From: Sphingomonas sp.
GTDB taxonomy: Bacteria > Pseudomonadota > Alphaproteobacteria > Sphingomonadales > Sphingomonadaceae
Assembly (NCBI RefSeq): GCF_019746665.1
Contig: NZ_JAIERS010000019.1
Coordinates: forward strand, 2,138-66,137
Reading direction: 5' to 3'
DNA: 64,000 nucleotides
Shown: positions 19,331 to 28,968 of the stretch, piece by piece
How the letters are laid out: each line of letters opens with the position of its first letter
Position numbering within the stretch: the first letter of the stretch is position 1
Program-made: the position numbers and the translations under genes
The notes under the pieces: generated by a model
Database searches by the model: none
The model's input: only the letters and a program-made list of their open reading frames with translations
What the model was told of the DNA's origin: nothing

Positions 19331-20166
19331 GCGGCCGCTCCTTGGCGCGCGGCCGCGACGCCCAGGCCGAGCCTTACCCGGCCCTCGCGCAGATTGAGCA
19401 TGAAATTGGCCGCCATCCCCGCCATGCGCGCGCCGACGACCATGCCGGCGTTCATGGCGCTCTGGGTCGGCAGCCCTTGTTGCGCCGCCCAGCCCAGCGC
19501 GGCCTCGGTCACGTCGTCGATCGCGATGGCGTCGAAGCCGGCATCAGCCAGCGCCGTGCTGGTTTCGGCGATCGTCAGCAGGGTGCTGGTTCGCGCGGTC
19601 TGTGCCCAGGGAACCGGATATGTGAGATCGGGATGGTCGTCCGCCGCCACCGGGTCGTAGAACACCAGACGCCCGCCCGGCTTCAGCACGCGGCGCAATT
19701 CGCGGTAGAGGCCGGGACGATCGGCGATATTCATCGCGACATGCTGCGTCCAGACCAGGTCGAAGCGCGCATCGTCGAACGGCAGGTGCAGCAGGTCGCC
19801 CTCGCTGAGGCTGACGCGATCGCTCAACCCGGCACGGTCGGTAAGCAGGCGCGCGATCGCGACATAGTCGGGAGAGAGGTCGACGCCTTCGACCTGGCAG
19901 CCAAAGGTTTCGGCAAGGTAACGCGCAGGGCCGCCCAGCCCTGAACCGGCGTCGAGCACCGCCTCCCCGCGCGCCGGTCGAGCCCGCTCGGCGACCACCG
20001 CCGTCGCGGCCAGCCCGCCCATGTGGAACTGGTCGAGCGGCGCGAGCTTGCGCGCGTCGATCGGCGGCTCCAGCGCGTCGACGGCGGCGGCGATCCGCGC
20101 GAGCAGCGCCGCACGGTCTTCGATCGCGGCCTGATAATGATCGCGAACAGCGATAGCGTCGGTCAT
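19327..20166 (-). CDS. Class I SAM-dependent methyltransferase
   Basis: VLDAGSGLGGPARYLA (motif I) ..LKPGGRLVFYD. The ATG overlaps the GST stop (ATGA). Confidence 0.8.
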   Translation of the reverse strand: MTDAIAVRDHYQAAIEDRAALLARIAAAVDALEPPIDARKLAPLDQFHMGGLAATAVVAERARPARGEAVLDAGSGLGGPARYLAETFGCQVEGVDLSPDYVAIARLLTDRAGLSDRVSLSEGDLLHLPFDDARFDLVWTQHVAMNIADRPGLYRELRRVLKPGGRLVFYDPVAADDHPDLTYPVPWAQTARTSTLLTIAETSTALADAGFDAIAIDDVTEAALGWAAQQGLPTQSAMNAGMVVGARMAGMAANFMLNLREGRVRLGLGVAAARQGAAA

Positions 20167-20825
20167 GCCGCCACTCCCGTCGGAATCGGCGGCACCGCGG
20201 CGAGTTGCTCGGCGATGACGCGCGCGTTGATCGGCTCCTGCTGTGCCTGGGTCCAATAGGCGTGGAGCTTGGGATAGGGGGCGAGCAGGTCAGGCTCGTC
20301 ATGGACCATCGCGATCAGGTTGACCGCGTTCAGCACCGGCACCAGCGCGCAGTCGGCGAGCGTGGGCAGGTCTCCCACCGCCCATGCGCCCTTGCCAATG
20401 TAATGCTCGGTATAGGACAGCGCCTTATGCAGGTTCTCCATCGCGGGCGCGACGAGCTGAGGCTGGCGATGCTCCGGCTGGCGCATCCCCAGCAGGATAC
20501 GCGGCGCGCCCAAGAAATAGCCATCGGGGACCTTGAGCAGCAACCGCATCCGCGCGAGGCCCTCCGCGTCGGCCGGGCGCAGCGAAGGCTCGGGAAAAGC
20601 GTCCTCGAGATATTCGAGGATGACCGACGATTCAGCCAGCGTCAGCCCGGAATCGAGCGTCAGCGCGGGCACCTGGCCGATCGGGTTGAGCGCCAGATAG
20701 GCCTCGCCGCGCGTGCCGCCTTCGGGCGGCCGGAGGATTTCGATCCTATCCTCCAGCCCCTTGCGATAAACGGCTAGGCGAACGCGCGCGGCGAAGGGGG
20801 ATAGCGGAAGGCTGTAGAGCTTCAT
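20163..20825 (-). CDS. Glutathione S-transferase
   Basis: MKLYSLPLSPFAARVRLAVY..NPIGQVPALTLDSGLTLAESSVILEYLEDAF. Confidence 0.85.
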   Translation of the reverse strand: MKLYSLPLSPFAARVRLAVYRKGLEDRIEILRPPEGGTRGEAYLALNPIGQVPALTLDSGLTLAESSVILEYLEDAFPEPSLRPADAEGLARMRLLLKVPDGYFLGAPRILLGMRQPEHRQPQLVAPAMENLHKALSYTEHYIGKGAWAVGDLPTLADCALVPVLNAVNLIAMVHDEPDLLAPYPKLHAYWTQAQQEPINARVIAEQLAAVPPIPTGVAA

Positions 20826-20916
20826 CGTCCTGCCTTTCGGTGATTGGCATCGAAATCGTCGTGGCTGGTCGACCGCCATGGCGAGGCGGTCGACCAGGAG
20901 CGGCCGTCGCGCCGGA

Positions 20917-22020
20917 TCACACCGCGCGCAGCCGCTCAGCTGCCGCCACGGGTTGTGGCTGGCGCGCCATCATCGCCTCATGCTCCCGCCGCCAGCGCTC
21001 GTCTTCGATCGAAAAGCTCGGATGGCGCGGCATGGGCAGGCCCATGCGCTTGTCCCACTTGTCGAAATTATATCCCGGATAGAAGGGCGTGAGGTTGAAC
21101 TTGATGAACGCTTTCAGCCGATTGGCGAAAGTCTGGCGCGCGAAGGGCATGGCGGCATAGCGCCGGGCCGTGGTCTCGAAACTCTCGGCGGGCGTGCCGG
21201 TCAAGCGTTCGACAACATCGGTCACCCCGCCTTCAAAGGCAAAGGTGCCGCGCTTCATGTCTTCCATGTAATAGCGCAGGATGCTGATCTCATAGGGGTT
21301 CACCCCCTGCTGCTGCGCGACCTTGCCAAGCATCCAGATCGGCAGATTGATCGGCATCACCGAATGGCCGACCGCCTTGGCGACGATCGCCGCCATCTGG
21401 CGCGCGTCGAGCAGTTCGGGGCCGGTGGGGCGCAGAGACATGCCGGCATGGCGTTCGGGCTCCACTAGGATCGCCGCCGCCGTGCGCGCCATGTCCTCAT
21501 TGGAAACGGGCGCCGCCTTGCCGCTGCCGGAGATCATTGGATAGATGCCGAGCAAGGCGGCGAAATCGATGGTCCGCAGGAAATTGTCGGCGAACATGCC
21601 GGGATTGAAGATGACATGCGCGATCCCCGGCAGATCGGCGAACAGGCGATCGACCAGCCAGGTCTGCTGAGTCATCGCGGTGGGATGCGCGCGGTGCGAC
21701 GTCCACTGGCTCATCTGGACGATCGCCTCGATCCTCGCCTCGCGCGCGGCGACGGCGAAGGCGGCCGCGGCCTGGATCATGTAGGGCTGCATCAGCGGGA
21801 CGTAATAAGCGCGCTGCACCCCGCGCAGCGCATCGAGCAGCTGGTCGGGATCATACATGTCCGCGACCACGACCTTGGCCCCCAGGCGCGCCAGCGCGGC
21901 GCTTCGCGCGTCCTGCGCGCGGACCATCGCCTGCACCGGATAGCCATTGGCGAGCAGTTGAGCGGCAACGGCGGCACCCGTCTTGCCCGTTGCGCCGGTT
22001 ACCAGGATCGTGGGCTTCAT
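20917..22020 (-). CDS. NmrA-family NAD(P)-binding protein
   Basis: MKPTILVTGATGKTGAAVAAQLLANGYPV (Rossmann GxxGxxG). Trimmed from the track start at 22110. Confidence 0.8.
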   Translation of the reverse strand: MKPTILVTGATGKTGAAVAAQLLANGYPVQAMVRAQDARSAALARLGAKVVVADMYDPDQLLDALRGVQRAYYVPLMQPYMIQAAAAFAVAAREARIEAIVQMSQWTSHRAHPTAMTQQTWLVDRLFADLPGIAHVIFNPGMFADNFLRTIDFAALLGIYPMISGSGKAAPVSNEDMARTAAAILVEPERHAGMSLRPTGPELLDARQMAAIVAKAVGHSVMPINLPIWMLGKVAQQQGVNPYEISILRYYMEDMKRGTFAFEGGVTDVVERLTGTPAESFETTARRYAAMPFARQTFANRLKAFIKFNLTPFYPGYNFDKWDKRMGLPMPRHPSFSIEDERWRREHEAMMARQPQPVAAAERLRAV

Positions 22021-22075
22021 CGCTGCCTGTCCTCCAGCAAGATCACCTATTATGGATGATGATTGACTTCTATAA

Positions 22076-22093
22076 GGATTATAGTGATAATCC
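22076..22093. promoter_or_regulatory. Inverted repeat GGATTAT-AGTG-ATAATCC (candidate TetR operator)
   Basis: Perfect 7-bp arms in the comparatively AT-rich 110-nt divergent spacer between the NmrA-family and TetR genes. Confidence 0.45.
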
Positions 22094-22130
22094 ATTTCGT
22101 CAAGTGCCATTTTGCGGGAGCAACGGGTCG

Positions 22131-22748
22131 ATGCGGATGTCGGCGGAGGAGAAGCAGCGCAGCCGCGCGCGCATCGTCACCAGCGCGGCGCGGTTGTTCC
22201 GCGAGCATGGACTGGACGGTGCCAGCGTCGCCGACGTGATGAACGACGCCGGGATGACGCATGGCGGTTTCTACAAGCATTTCGATAGCAAGGACGCGCT
22301 GATCGAAGCCGCTCTGGAAAGCGCGTTCAACCAGTTCGTCGAGCTTGCCGGCGGCGACCACCCTAGCGCGGCGATGCTGCAGGCCTTTCCCGAACTGCTG
22401 GCCGCGGTGCAGGCGCGCGAAGGTGGCCCGCCCCCGCCCTATGCCTCGCTTTATCTCGCCCGCGAGCATGTGGAGCGACGCGGCTTTGGCTGTCCGGTCG
22501 CGGCGCTGGGGCCGGAAATCAGCCGCGCATCGACCGCGATCAAACGGGCTTTTGGCGCTGGTGTCCGCCGCATGATCGGCGCGCTTGCCAGCACCCGCAA
22601 GGGATCGGCGGCCAGCCGTCGTACCGCGGCGATCAGGGAATTCACCATGCTGGTGGGCGCGATGGTGATCGCCCGCGCCAGCGATCCCGAGCTTGCCTCG
22701 GAAGTGTTGACCGCCTGCGGAGGAGCGCCGGGCGATGACGACCGATAA
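22131..22748 (+). CDS. TetR/AcrR-family transcriptional regulator
   Basis: ..RIVTSAARLFREHGLDGASVADVMNDAGMTHGGFYKHFDSKDAL.. is the canonical TetR HTH. Confidence 0.85.
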   Translation: MRMSAEEKQRSRARIVTSAARLFREHGLDGASVADVMNDAGMTHGGFYKHFDSKDALIEAALESAFNQFVELAGGDHPSAAMLQAFPELLAAVQAREGGPPPPYASLYLAREHVERRGFGCPVAALGPEISRASTAIKRAFGAGVRRMIGALASTRKGSAASRRTAAIREFTMLVGAMVIARASDPELASEVLTACGGAPGDDDR

Positions 22749-22953
22749 TCACATGCCGGCCCAACCCTTGGGTATCTGGGCGCGCGCCATGGCCTGGCTG
22801 ACGGCCTTCGCCGAAGCGGCCGACACCACCCCGCACGAAGTCAACGATCGCCGCCTTCGGTCGCTCGAGCGAGAGGTCGGGCGGTTGACAGCGCGGATCG
22901 CCGTCCTCGATCGATCAGCACCGGGTCAACCGATCGACGATCAGCACGAGTAA
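22735..22953 (+). CDS. Hypothetical small protein (one hydrophobic stretch plus a coiled-coil-like segment)
   Basis: 72 codons. The ATG overlaps the TetR 3' end by 14 nt. I recognise no family, so coding status is uncertain. Confidence 0.25.
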   Translation: MTTDNHMPAQPLGIWARAMAWLTAFAEAADTTPHEVNDRRLRSLEREVGRLTARIAVLDRSAPGQPIDDQHE

Positions 22954-23226
22954 CGCCAAGCCGCGGGCAGGCGAGGACGAAGATGCCGCCGCCAGAGCAC
23001 ATTGGTGGTCGTCCGCGCGGGTGGGCGCATTATTCGGCGCGGGTTGTTGCGGCGGTGATTTTGCGTTACGGGGCCCGCCGCGACGCGCCCGTTCAAGCGT
23101 CGTTTTGGAGACATGAATTGCTGGACCTGACCGCTATTCGGGGCATCGTGCCCGCCGGTTTCCAGCCCTTCTCGTAAGCGTCCCACGGCGCTGCGGCAGG
23201 GCGGGACCACCCGCGGCCGCGCTTCG

Positions 23227-25266
23227 ATGATCGACAACACTCGAAACAGCCGGGACGGCGCGCTGACGCGCCTCGCCCGCGACCAGTGGGACCATATGAA
23301 CGAACATCAGATCGTCCGGCGCCTGTTGCGTCGGATCGGCCACGGCACGCCGGCGTCCGCGCCGATTGCCGAGGCCATCACCGAGTGGGCGCAACCCCAT
23401 GCCGACTGGCTACTCGCCGACGCGCCGGTGCGCCACTTCAAGGGGCTTTGCTGGGAAAGCCTGCTCGCCGGCGTCGCCCAGGCGCGGCCGCTCGGCGAGG
23501 TGCGCCCGCATGTGCTGTACCTTGCCGACGAACTCGCCCGCCTGCTTGGTCTGGGGCCGGTCGACACCGCGTTGCTCGAACTCATGATCGCATGTGACCG
23601 CCTCCATCGCGTCGCCGCGCTGGTCGACATCGCCGCGCGGCACAGGCGCGACCTGCCGGCGCTGCTCGGCACGCTCGCCGGGGCCGAGCCGCACGACGCC
23701 GGGCGCGTCGTCCGGCAGAGTGTGGTGTTGCGGCTGGGACTGATCGGCTTCGTCGCCAATCGCCAAGGATTCGTCGAGGTCGACATTGGCTGGCGGCTCG
23801 AAAAGCTGCTCGATCAAGCGCCCGCCTCGGCCGTCGCGATGATCGACGCGCTGGTCGGTGCCCGCCAGCGCGCCGCGCTGAGCCTCGACGATTTCGCCCA
23901 TGTTCCCGAGGCCGGATTTCTGGTCCGGCTCCTCGCGGGCTCGCTCCGCGAGCGTGCGCCCGGTATCAACATCCTCATGCACGGGCCGCCTGGCACCGGC
24001 AAGACCGAGCTTGCCCGAACGCTCGCCGCCGCCGCTGGCGCGGTCCTGCGCGGCGTTGGCGAGGCGGATGACGATGGCGAAGAGCCCGAACGCTACGAAC
24101 GGGTAAGCGCGCTGCGGCTAGCCCAGCGGCTGATCGGTGGCCGGGGTGGCACGGTGCTGCTGTTCGACGAGATGGAAGACCTGATCGGCGACAGCGAGCG
24201 GTCGTCGGGAGACTGGTTCTCGCGGCGCAAGGGTAGCAAGGTGTTCGTCAACCGGACGCTGGAGACCAATACGGCGCCCGTGATCTGGACGACCAACGCG
24301 ATCGGCAACATCGACAACGCGATCCTGCGGCGGATGAGCTACATCCTAAAGCTCGATCTGCCGCCACGGCGGGTGGCGCTGCGCATGTTCGATCGCATCT
24401 CCCGCGAAGAGGGTGTCGAGCGCGGCGCGCAGTTCGATCGCTTGATCGAAAACGCACCCGAAACCGCGACGGTACTGCGGGTCGCCGTGCGCGCGGCGAA
24501 GCTGGCGGACGAACCCGACGGCGGGGCGGCGGTCGCTGGAACGCTGGTCCGGGCCTTACGCGGCGGCGAGGTGGCCCTCGACGGACCCGATCTGCTCGAC
24601 CTCGATCTGTTCGAAAGCGATCGGGCGATCGCGCCTTTGTTCGACGCGATCCGTACCAGCGGGGCAACCGATGTCTCGCTGTTGCTGAGCGGCCCGCCGG
24701 GCACCGGCAAGACCGCGCTCGCGCATCACCTCGCCCGCGCGCTCGATCGGCCGCTGATCGTCAAGCGCGCCTCGGACCTGCTATCGAAGTGGGTCGGCGA
24801 AACCGAAGCGCAGATCGCCGGGGCCTTTGCCGAGGCGCGACGCCGCGAAGGCGTGCTGCTGTTCGACGAGGCGGACTCGCTGCTCTTCGACCGCACCCGC
24901 GCGCAGAACTGCTGGGAAGTGGGACAGGTCAACGAACTCCTCACCTGGCTTGACCGCCATCCCTATCCGGTCGTCGCCGCGACCAACCATCCCGGCGCGC
25001 TCGACCCCGCGACGCTGCGGCGCTTCGTCTTCAAGCTCGATCTGCGCCCGCTGGGGCCGGAGCGTGCGGCGCGTGCTTTCAGCCGCTTTTTCGGTATGGC
25101 GGCGCCGGCTGGCCTGGAAAGGCTGGCCAATCTCACGCCAGGGGATTTCGCGGTGGTGGCCCGCCAATCACGGCATCTGCCCACCGCCGATCCGCGCGCC
25201 ATCTTGGCGAGACTGGAACAGGAGAGCGAGGCAAAGCCTGGCACGGTTGGGCGGCTGGGTTTCTGA
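23227..25266 (+). CDS. Tandem (type II) AAA+ ATPase with ~230-aa N-terminal domain
   Basis: Two complete modules. D1: HGPPGTGKTELA / LLFDEMEDL / IWTTN. D2: LSGPPGTGKTALA / LLFDEADSL / VAATNHPGALDPATLRRF. Confidence 0.85.
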   Translation: MIDNTRNSRDGALTRLARDQWDHMNEHQIVRRLLRRIGHGTPASAPIAEAITEWAQPHADWLLADAPVRHFKGLCWESLLAGVAQARPLGEVRPHVLYLADELARLLGLGPVDTALLELMIACDRLHRVAALVDIAARHRRDLPALLGTLAGAEPHDAGRVVRQSVVLRLGLIGFVANRQGFVEVDIGWRLEKLLDQAPASAVAMIDALVGARQRAALSLDDFAHVPEAGFLVRLLAGSLRERAPGINILMHGPPGTGKTELARTLAAAAGAVLRGVGEADDDGEEPERYERVSALRLAQRLIGGRGGTVLLFDEMEDLIGDSERSSGDWFSRRKGSKVFVNRTLETNTAPVIWTTNAIGNIDNAILRRMSYILKLDLPPRRVALRMFDRISREEGVERGAQFDRLIENAPETATVLRVAVRAAKLADEPDGGAAVAGTLVRALRGGEVALDGPDLLDLDLFESDRAIAPLFDAIRTSGATDVSLLLSGPPGTGKTALAHHLARALDRPLIVKRASDLLSKWVGETEAQIAGAFAEARRREGVLLFDEADSLLFDRTRAQNCWEVGQVNELLTWLDRHPYPVVAATNHPGALDPATLRRFVFKLDLRPLGPERAARAFSRFFGMAAPAGLERLANLTPGDFAVVARQSRHLPTADPRAILARLEQESEAKPGTVGRLGF

Positions 25267-25356
25267 GCCGACGCCCGACGCGGGACAGATTGTCCGCCCG
25301 CCGCGCGGATCGAAGGGGAATGCGCGTGAGGTGGCTCAAGGTTGAAGGCCGGAAAT

Positions 25357-26280
25357 TCAGGCGGATGGCTGGCTAGCGCGAAAACCACCCCGTTTGGTCG
25401 CGCCGCCACGCCATGGCGCATCGCCGCGCCGCGCGGCACTGGCGAAGGCCTGGGAGATCCAAGCCTGCACCTTGCGCATGTCGGGCTCGCGGCGCAGGTC
25501 GGCGCGGATCACGATCCAGGGGGTGCGCGGCGCGAGGGTGATGCCGGCGGAGACCTCGCACAATCCGCTCGGCACCGCGAAGATCGCCGGCAATATCGCG
25601 ATCCCGACACCGGCGACCGCCATGTTGAGCAATGCCCGGGTACTGTTGGTGCGACAGGCGACCGCCCCCAGCAGCCGCGGCCCCAGCCAGCCCAGTTCAG
25701 GGAGCCGCCCATAGCTTTCGTCATAGACCAGCAAACGCTCCTCGGTGAGGACCAGCCGGTCCGCCGCGCGCCCGGCGAGATAGGCGGGGCTGCAATATAG
25801 CCCCAGGCGCAGCGGCTTGAGCTTCTTCGCGATCAGGCTGGCACCCTGCGGCTGGCTCATGCGGATCGCGATATCCGCCTCGCGCCCGGCAAGACTGACC
25901 ACCGCCGCCTCCGCGCGCAAGTCAAGCCGGATTTCGGGAGCGAGCTGCGGGATGGCGGGCGCGAGCACGTCGCTGATCACCGCCTCGGTCGCGGTCACCA
26001 CGATTTCGCGGCGACGGTCATGGCGCAGGCTTTCGGCGGCGCGCGCCAGGCGATCGGCCTCGTCGAGCAAGGGGGTCGCCAGCGCGACGATCCGCCGGCC
26101 ATGTTCGGTCGCCTGCGCGCCACTGCGGCCGCGATCGACCAGCGTGAGCTTGAGCGTCGCCTCGATCGCATCGAGCCGGCGGGCGATCGTCGATACCGCC
26201 ACGCCGCGCTTGCGCGCGACCGCGGTGAGCGAACCGGCCGCGATCACATCGCGCAGGCACAGCAGATCATCCGTGTCCAT
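25357..26280 (-). CDS. LysR-family transcriptional regulator
   Basis: N-terminal HTH ..LRDVIAAGSLTAVARKRGVAVSTIARRLDAIE.., 307 aa. Confidence 0.85.
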   Translation of the reverse strand: MDTDDLLCLRDVIAAGSLTAVARKRGVAVSTIARRLDAIEATLKLTLVDRGRSGAQATEHGRRIVALATPLLDEADRLARAAESLRHDRRREIVVTATEAVISDVLAPAIPQLAPEIRLDLRAEAAVVSLAGREADIAIRMSQPQGASLIAKKLKPLRLGLYCSPAYLAGRAADRLVLTEERLLVYDESYGRLPELGWLGPRLLGAVACRTNSTRALLNMAVAGVGIAILPAIFAVPSGLCEVSAGITLAPRTPWIVIRADLRREPDMRKVQAWISQAFASAARRGDAPWRGGATKRGGFRASQPSA

Positions 26281-26300
26281 CGCCCGATGGCTATTGATCG

Positions 26301-26315
26301 TTGCGAGAAACGCAA
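26301..26315. promoter_or_regulatory. TTGCG-N5-CGCAA dyad (LysR-box-like)
   Basis: Located in the divergent spacer between the LysR gene and the YdhR-like/ADH genes. Confidence 0.35.
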
Positions 26316-26391
26316 GGCTGGTTTGCGCTGATCCCGACTATCGCCGGGCTGCGCGTTTGCCAGAATGAGCCGTGCAACCAAGGAGCTTACC

Positions 26392-26787
26392 ATGATCTTT
26401 CGCTTGTCGAGCGCCGCGTTGTTCGTCGCCGCCCTTCCCGCCGCCGCCCCCGCGCAAACCCCGGCCGAGCCACCCGTGACCGTGGTGGTCTCGATCCCGC
26501 TGCCCGCCGGCGCGTCGCGTCCGCAGATCGAAGCCGCCATCCGCAAGGCGGTGCCCGACTATCGCAAGGTGCCCGGCCTGCTGCGCAAATATTTCACGAT
26601 CGGCAGCAGCGACTTCGGCGGCGTCTATCTGTTCACCACCCGCGCCGCCGCGCAGAGCTGGTTCGGCGAGGCGTGGAAAGCGCGGATCGCGGCCACCTAT
26701 CACGCGACCGCGACGATCACTTATTATGATGTGCCGGTCGTGCTCGACAATGCGCCGGTTCCGGCGGCGGCGCAGGCGCAGCCTTGA
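26392..26787 (+). CDS. YdhR-like (dimeric alpha-beta barrel) protein with signal peptide
   Basis: AAGGAG lies 6 nt before the ATG. Signal peptide MIFRLSSAALFVAALPAAAPAQ. The core ..GGVYLFTTRAAAQSWFGEAWKARI.. resembles E. coli YdhR (..GGIYLFTDEKSALAYLEKH..), from memory. Confidence 0.6.
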   Translation: MIFRLSSAALFVAALPAAAPAQTPAEPPVTVVVSIPLPAGASRPQIEAAIRKAVPDYRKVPGLLRKYFTIGSSDFGGVYLFTTRAAAQSWFGEAWKARIAATYHATATITYYDVPVVLDNAPVPAAAQAQP

Positions 26788-27809
26788 TGCGGCAGCTGAC
26801 CTTCGTGCGCCCCGGCGCGGTCGAATGGCGCGAGGTGCCCGACGCGGTGGTGCGGAGCGGCATCGAGGCGGTGGTGCGACCGATCGTGCTGGGGCGCTGC
26901 GATCTCGATGTCGGCTTCGTGCGCGGGCTCGCCCCGATGCGCGAGGGCGAGCCGATCGGGCATGAGATGATCGGCGAGGTGGTCGATGTCGGCGATCTCG
27001 TCCGCTCGGTATCGGTCGGACAGATCGTGATCGTGCCGTCGCAGATCAGCTGCGGCACCTGCCGCAATTGCCGGCGCGGCTTCACCGGGCGGTGCCAGTC
27101 GGTGCCGTTCGGGGCCGGCTATGGCATGAACCGCGAGGGCGACTTCGGCTGCGCGGCGGCGGATCTGGTGCGTGTCCCCTTCGCCGACGCGATGCTGGTG
27201 CCGCTGCCCCCGGGCGCTGATCCGGTCGCGATGATCGGCGCGGCGGACATGGCGCTCGACGCCTGGCGGTCAGTCGCCCCGCAACTGCGCGAGCGGCCGG
27301 GAGCGTCGGTGCTGGTGGTCGGCGGGCTTGCCTCGGTGATCGGCATCTATGCGGCGGCGCTGGCGGTCGCGCTCGGCGCGGGGCACGTCACCTATGTCGA
27401 TGATGACGACGCCCGCCTGGCGGAGGCGGCGCGCTATGGTGCGACCGTCGTCAAGCGCCCCTGGGAAGCCGATCGCCCGTTCGAGATCGTGGTCGATGCC
27501 GATGGCCAGGCGGAGACACTTGTGCAGGCGCTGCGCGCGACCGAGCCCGAGGGCTTGTTCACCAGCGTCAGCATCCATCTGCGTCCGTTGACCGGCGTGC
27601 CCCTCGCCGAACTGTATCACAAGGGCATCTCGTTCCGCACCGGCCGCGCCAATGTGCGGACCCAGATCGAGCCGCTGCTCGCGGCGTGCCGCCACGGGCA
27701 TTTCCAGCCCGATCGCATCGCCACCAAGCTGTTCGATTTCGACGCCGCGCCGGAAGCCTGGCTCGACCCAGCGGTGCGGACCGTGGCACGCAGGAGCGTT
27801 GCGCCCTGA
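26787..27809 (+). CDS. Zinc-type alcohol dehydrogenase / MDR-family oxidoreductase
   Basis: ..GHEMIGEVVDVGD.. (GHE motif), ..CGTCRNCRRG.. (structural Zn Cys cluster) and a Gly-rich Rossmann region VLVVGGLASVIG. The ATG shares 1 nt with the upstream TGA. Confidence 0.8.
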   Translation: MRQLTFVRPGAVEWREVPDAVVRSGIEAVVRPIVLGRCDLDVGFVRGLAPMREGEPIGHEMIGEVVDVGDLVRSVSVGQIVIVPSQISCGTCRNCRRGFTGRCQSVPFGAGYGMNREGDFGCAAADLVRVPFADAMLVPLPPGADPVAMIGAADMALDAWRSVAPQLRERPGASVLVVGGLASVIGIYAAALAVALGAGHVTYVDDDDARLAEAARYGATVVKRPWEADRPFEIVVDADGQAETLVQALRATEPEGLFTSVSIHLRPLTGVPLAELYHKGISFRTGRANVRTQIEPLLAACRHGHFQPDRIATKLFDFDAAPEAWLDPAVRTVARRSVAP

Positions 27810-28014
27810 TCGCCGTCTCACGGACCAAAGGTTCGATACCCGACGCCGCACGACAACCTCCCACCTCGCCGCCAAAGTTCGCACCCGAAACAAAATTGGG
27901 CGATCCGCCGAACGATCTGCGCTATCGAGGCCCGTGAGGGGAGCAGATGAGCGTAGTCGAGCGCCGCCGGGGGCAGCGGCATGATGAACGTATTGGGCGG
28001 TCGCGGCCGGTGTC

Positions 28015-28968
28015 ATGCTGCTGACCGTCGTTCTGCTCTGCGCTTTCCTGGTCGGCTTGGCGATCGGCGGCACCAGCACCTGTTCCGTCGCCGCCGCCAA
28101 GGAAGTGCTGGTCCACCGCCGCGGCACGACGCTGTACGGCTTTGCGATTGCGGTCGGTGCTGCCGGGATCGCGACGCTGTCGCTGCGCTGGTTCCTGGGC
28201 GGGTCGATCCACCTGGCCCAGAATGCGCCGATTTCCGCGCCGCTGGTGCTCGGCGCCATGCTGATCGGGATCGGCGCCTTGATCAACGATGCGTGCCTGC
28301 TGGGCACGCTGGCGCGGATCGGGCGCGGGGAGCTGCGTTTCCTGGCGCTCCCCGCCGGGCTCGCGCTGGGCTATGCGGTCGTTGAGCGGCGGTATGCGCT
28401 GGGTGCCGATCCGACACACGCGCCACCTGCCGCGATGCCGCCGCTGGCGGCGTGGGCGAGCATCCTTGTCTTCCTCCTTCTGCTGGGTTGGGCCTGGCAA
28501 TGGCATCGCCGGTCCGACCGCGCGAGCCGGCCAGGGGCCTCCTGGCGCCGTATCCTGATGCTGGCGATGGGCGGGTTCGGCGCGCTGCTGTTCGCGCTGG
28601 AGCCACATTGGGTCTATGGCGACTCCATTCACGCGATCGTCCGGCGCGGCGGCCGGCTGGACATGGCCGCCGATATGCGCGCGGCGGCGACGGCGCTTGC
28701 TTTGCTGGGCGGCGCGCTTGCCGGCGCCGTCGCCGCGCGGGCGTTTGTCTTTCGCCAACCCTCGCTTACCGGCGTGGCGCAGTCGATCGTCGGTGGAGCG
28801 ATGATGGCAATCGGCGGCACGCTCATTCCCGGCGGCAACGATACGCTGCTGCTCGCCGCTATCCCAGCGGGCAGCGTGGGCGGCATCGTCGCGTATCTGA
28901 TCATGGTCGTCACGGTGCTGGCCGGATTGTGGCTGGTGCGCCGGCAGCGACATCGCTCGGCACGGTGA
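28015..28968 (+). CDS. YeeE/YedE-family membrane protein (putative thiosulfate/sulfur-compound transporter)
   Basis: Polytopic membrane protein. The duplicated motif GGTSTCSV / NDACLLGTL is recalled from the YeeE/YedE family. Confidence 0.65.
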   Translation: MLLTVVLLCAFLVGLAIGGTSTCSVAAAKEVLVHRRGTTLYGFAIAVGAAGIATLSLRWFLGGSIHLAQNAPISAPLVLGAMLIGIGALINDACLLGTLARIGRGELRFLALPAGLALGYAVVERRYALGADPTHAPPAAMPPLAAWASILVFLLLLGWAWQWHRRSDRASRPGASWRRILMLAMGGFGALLFALEPHWVYGDSIHAIVRRGGRLDMAADMRAAATALALLGGALAGAVAARAFVFRQPSLTGVAQSIVGGAMMAIGGTLIPGGNDTLLLAAIPAGSVGGIVAYLIMVVTVLAGLWLVRRQRHRSAR

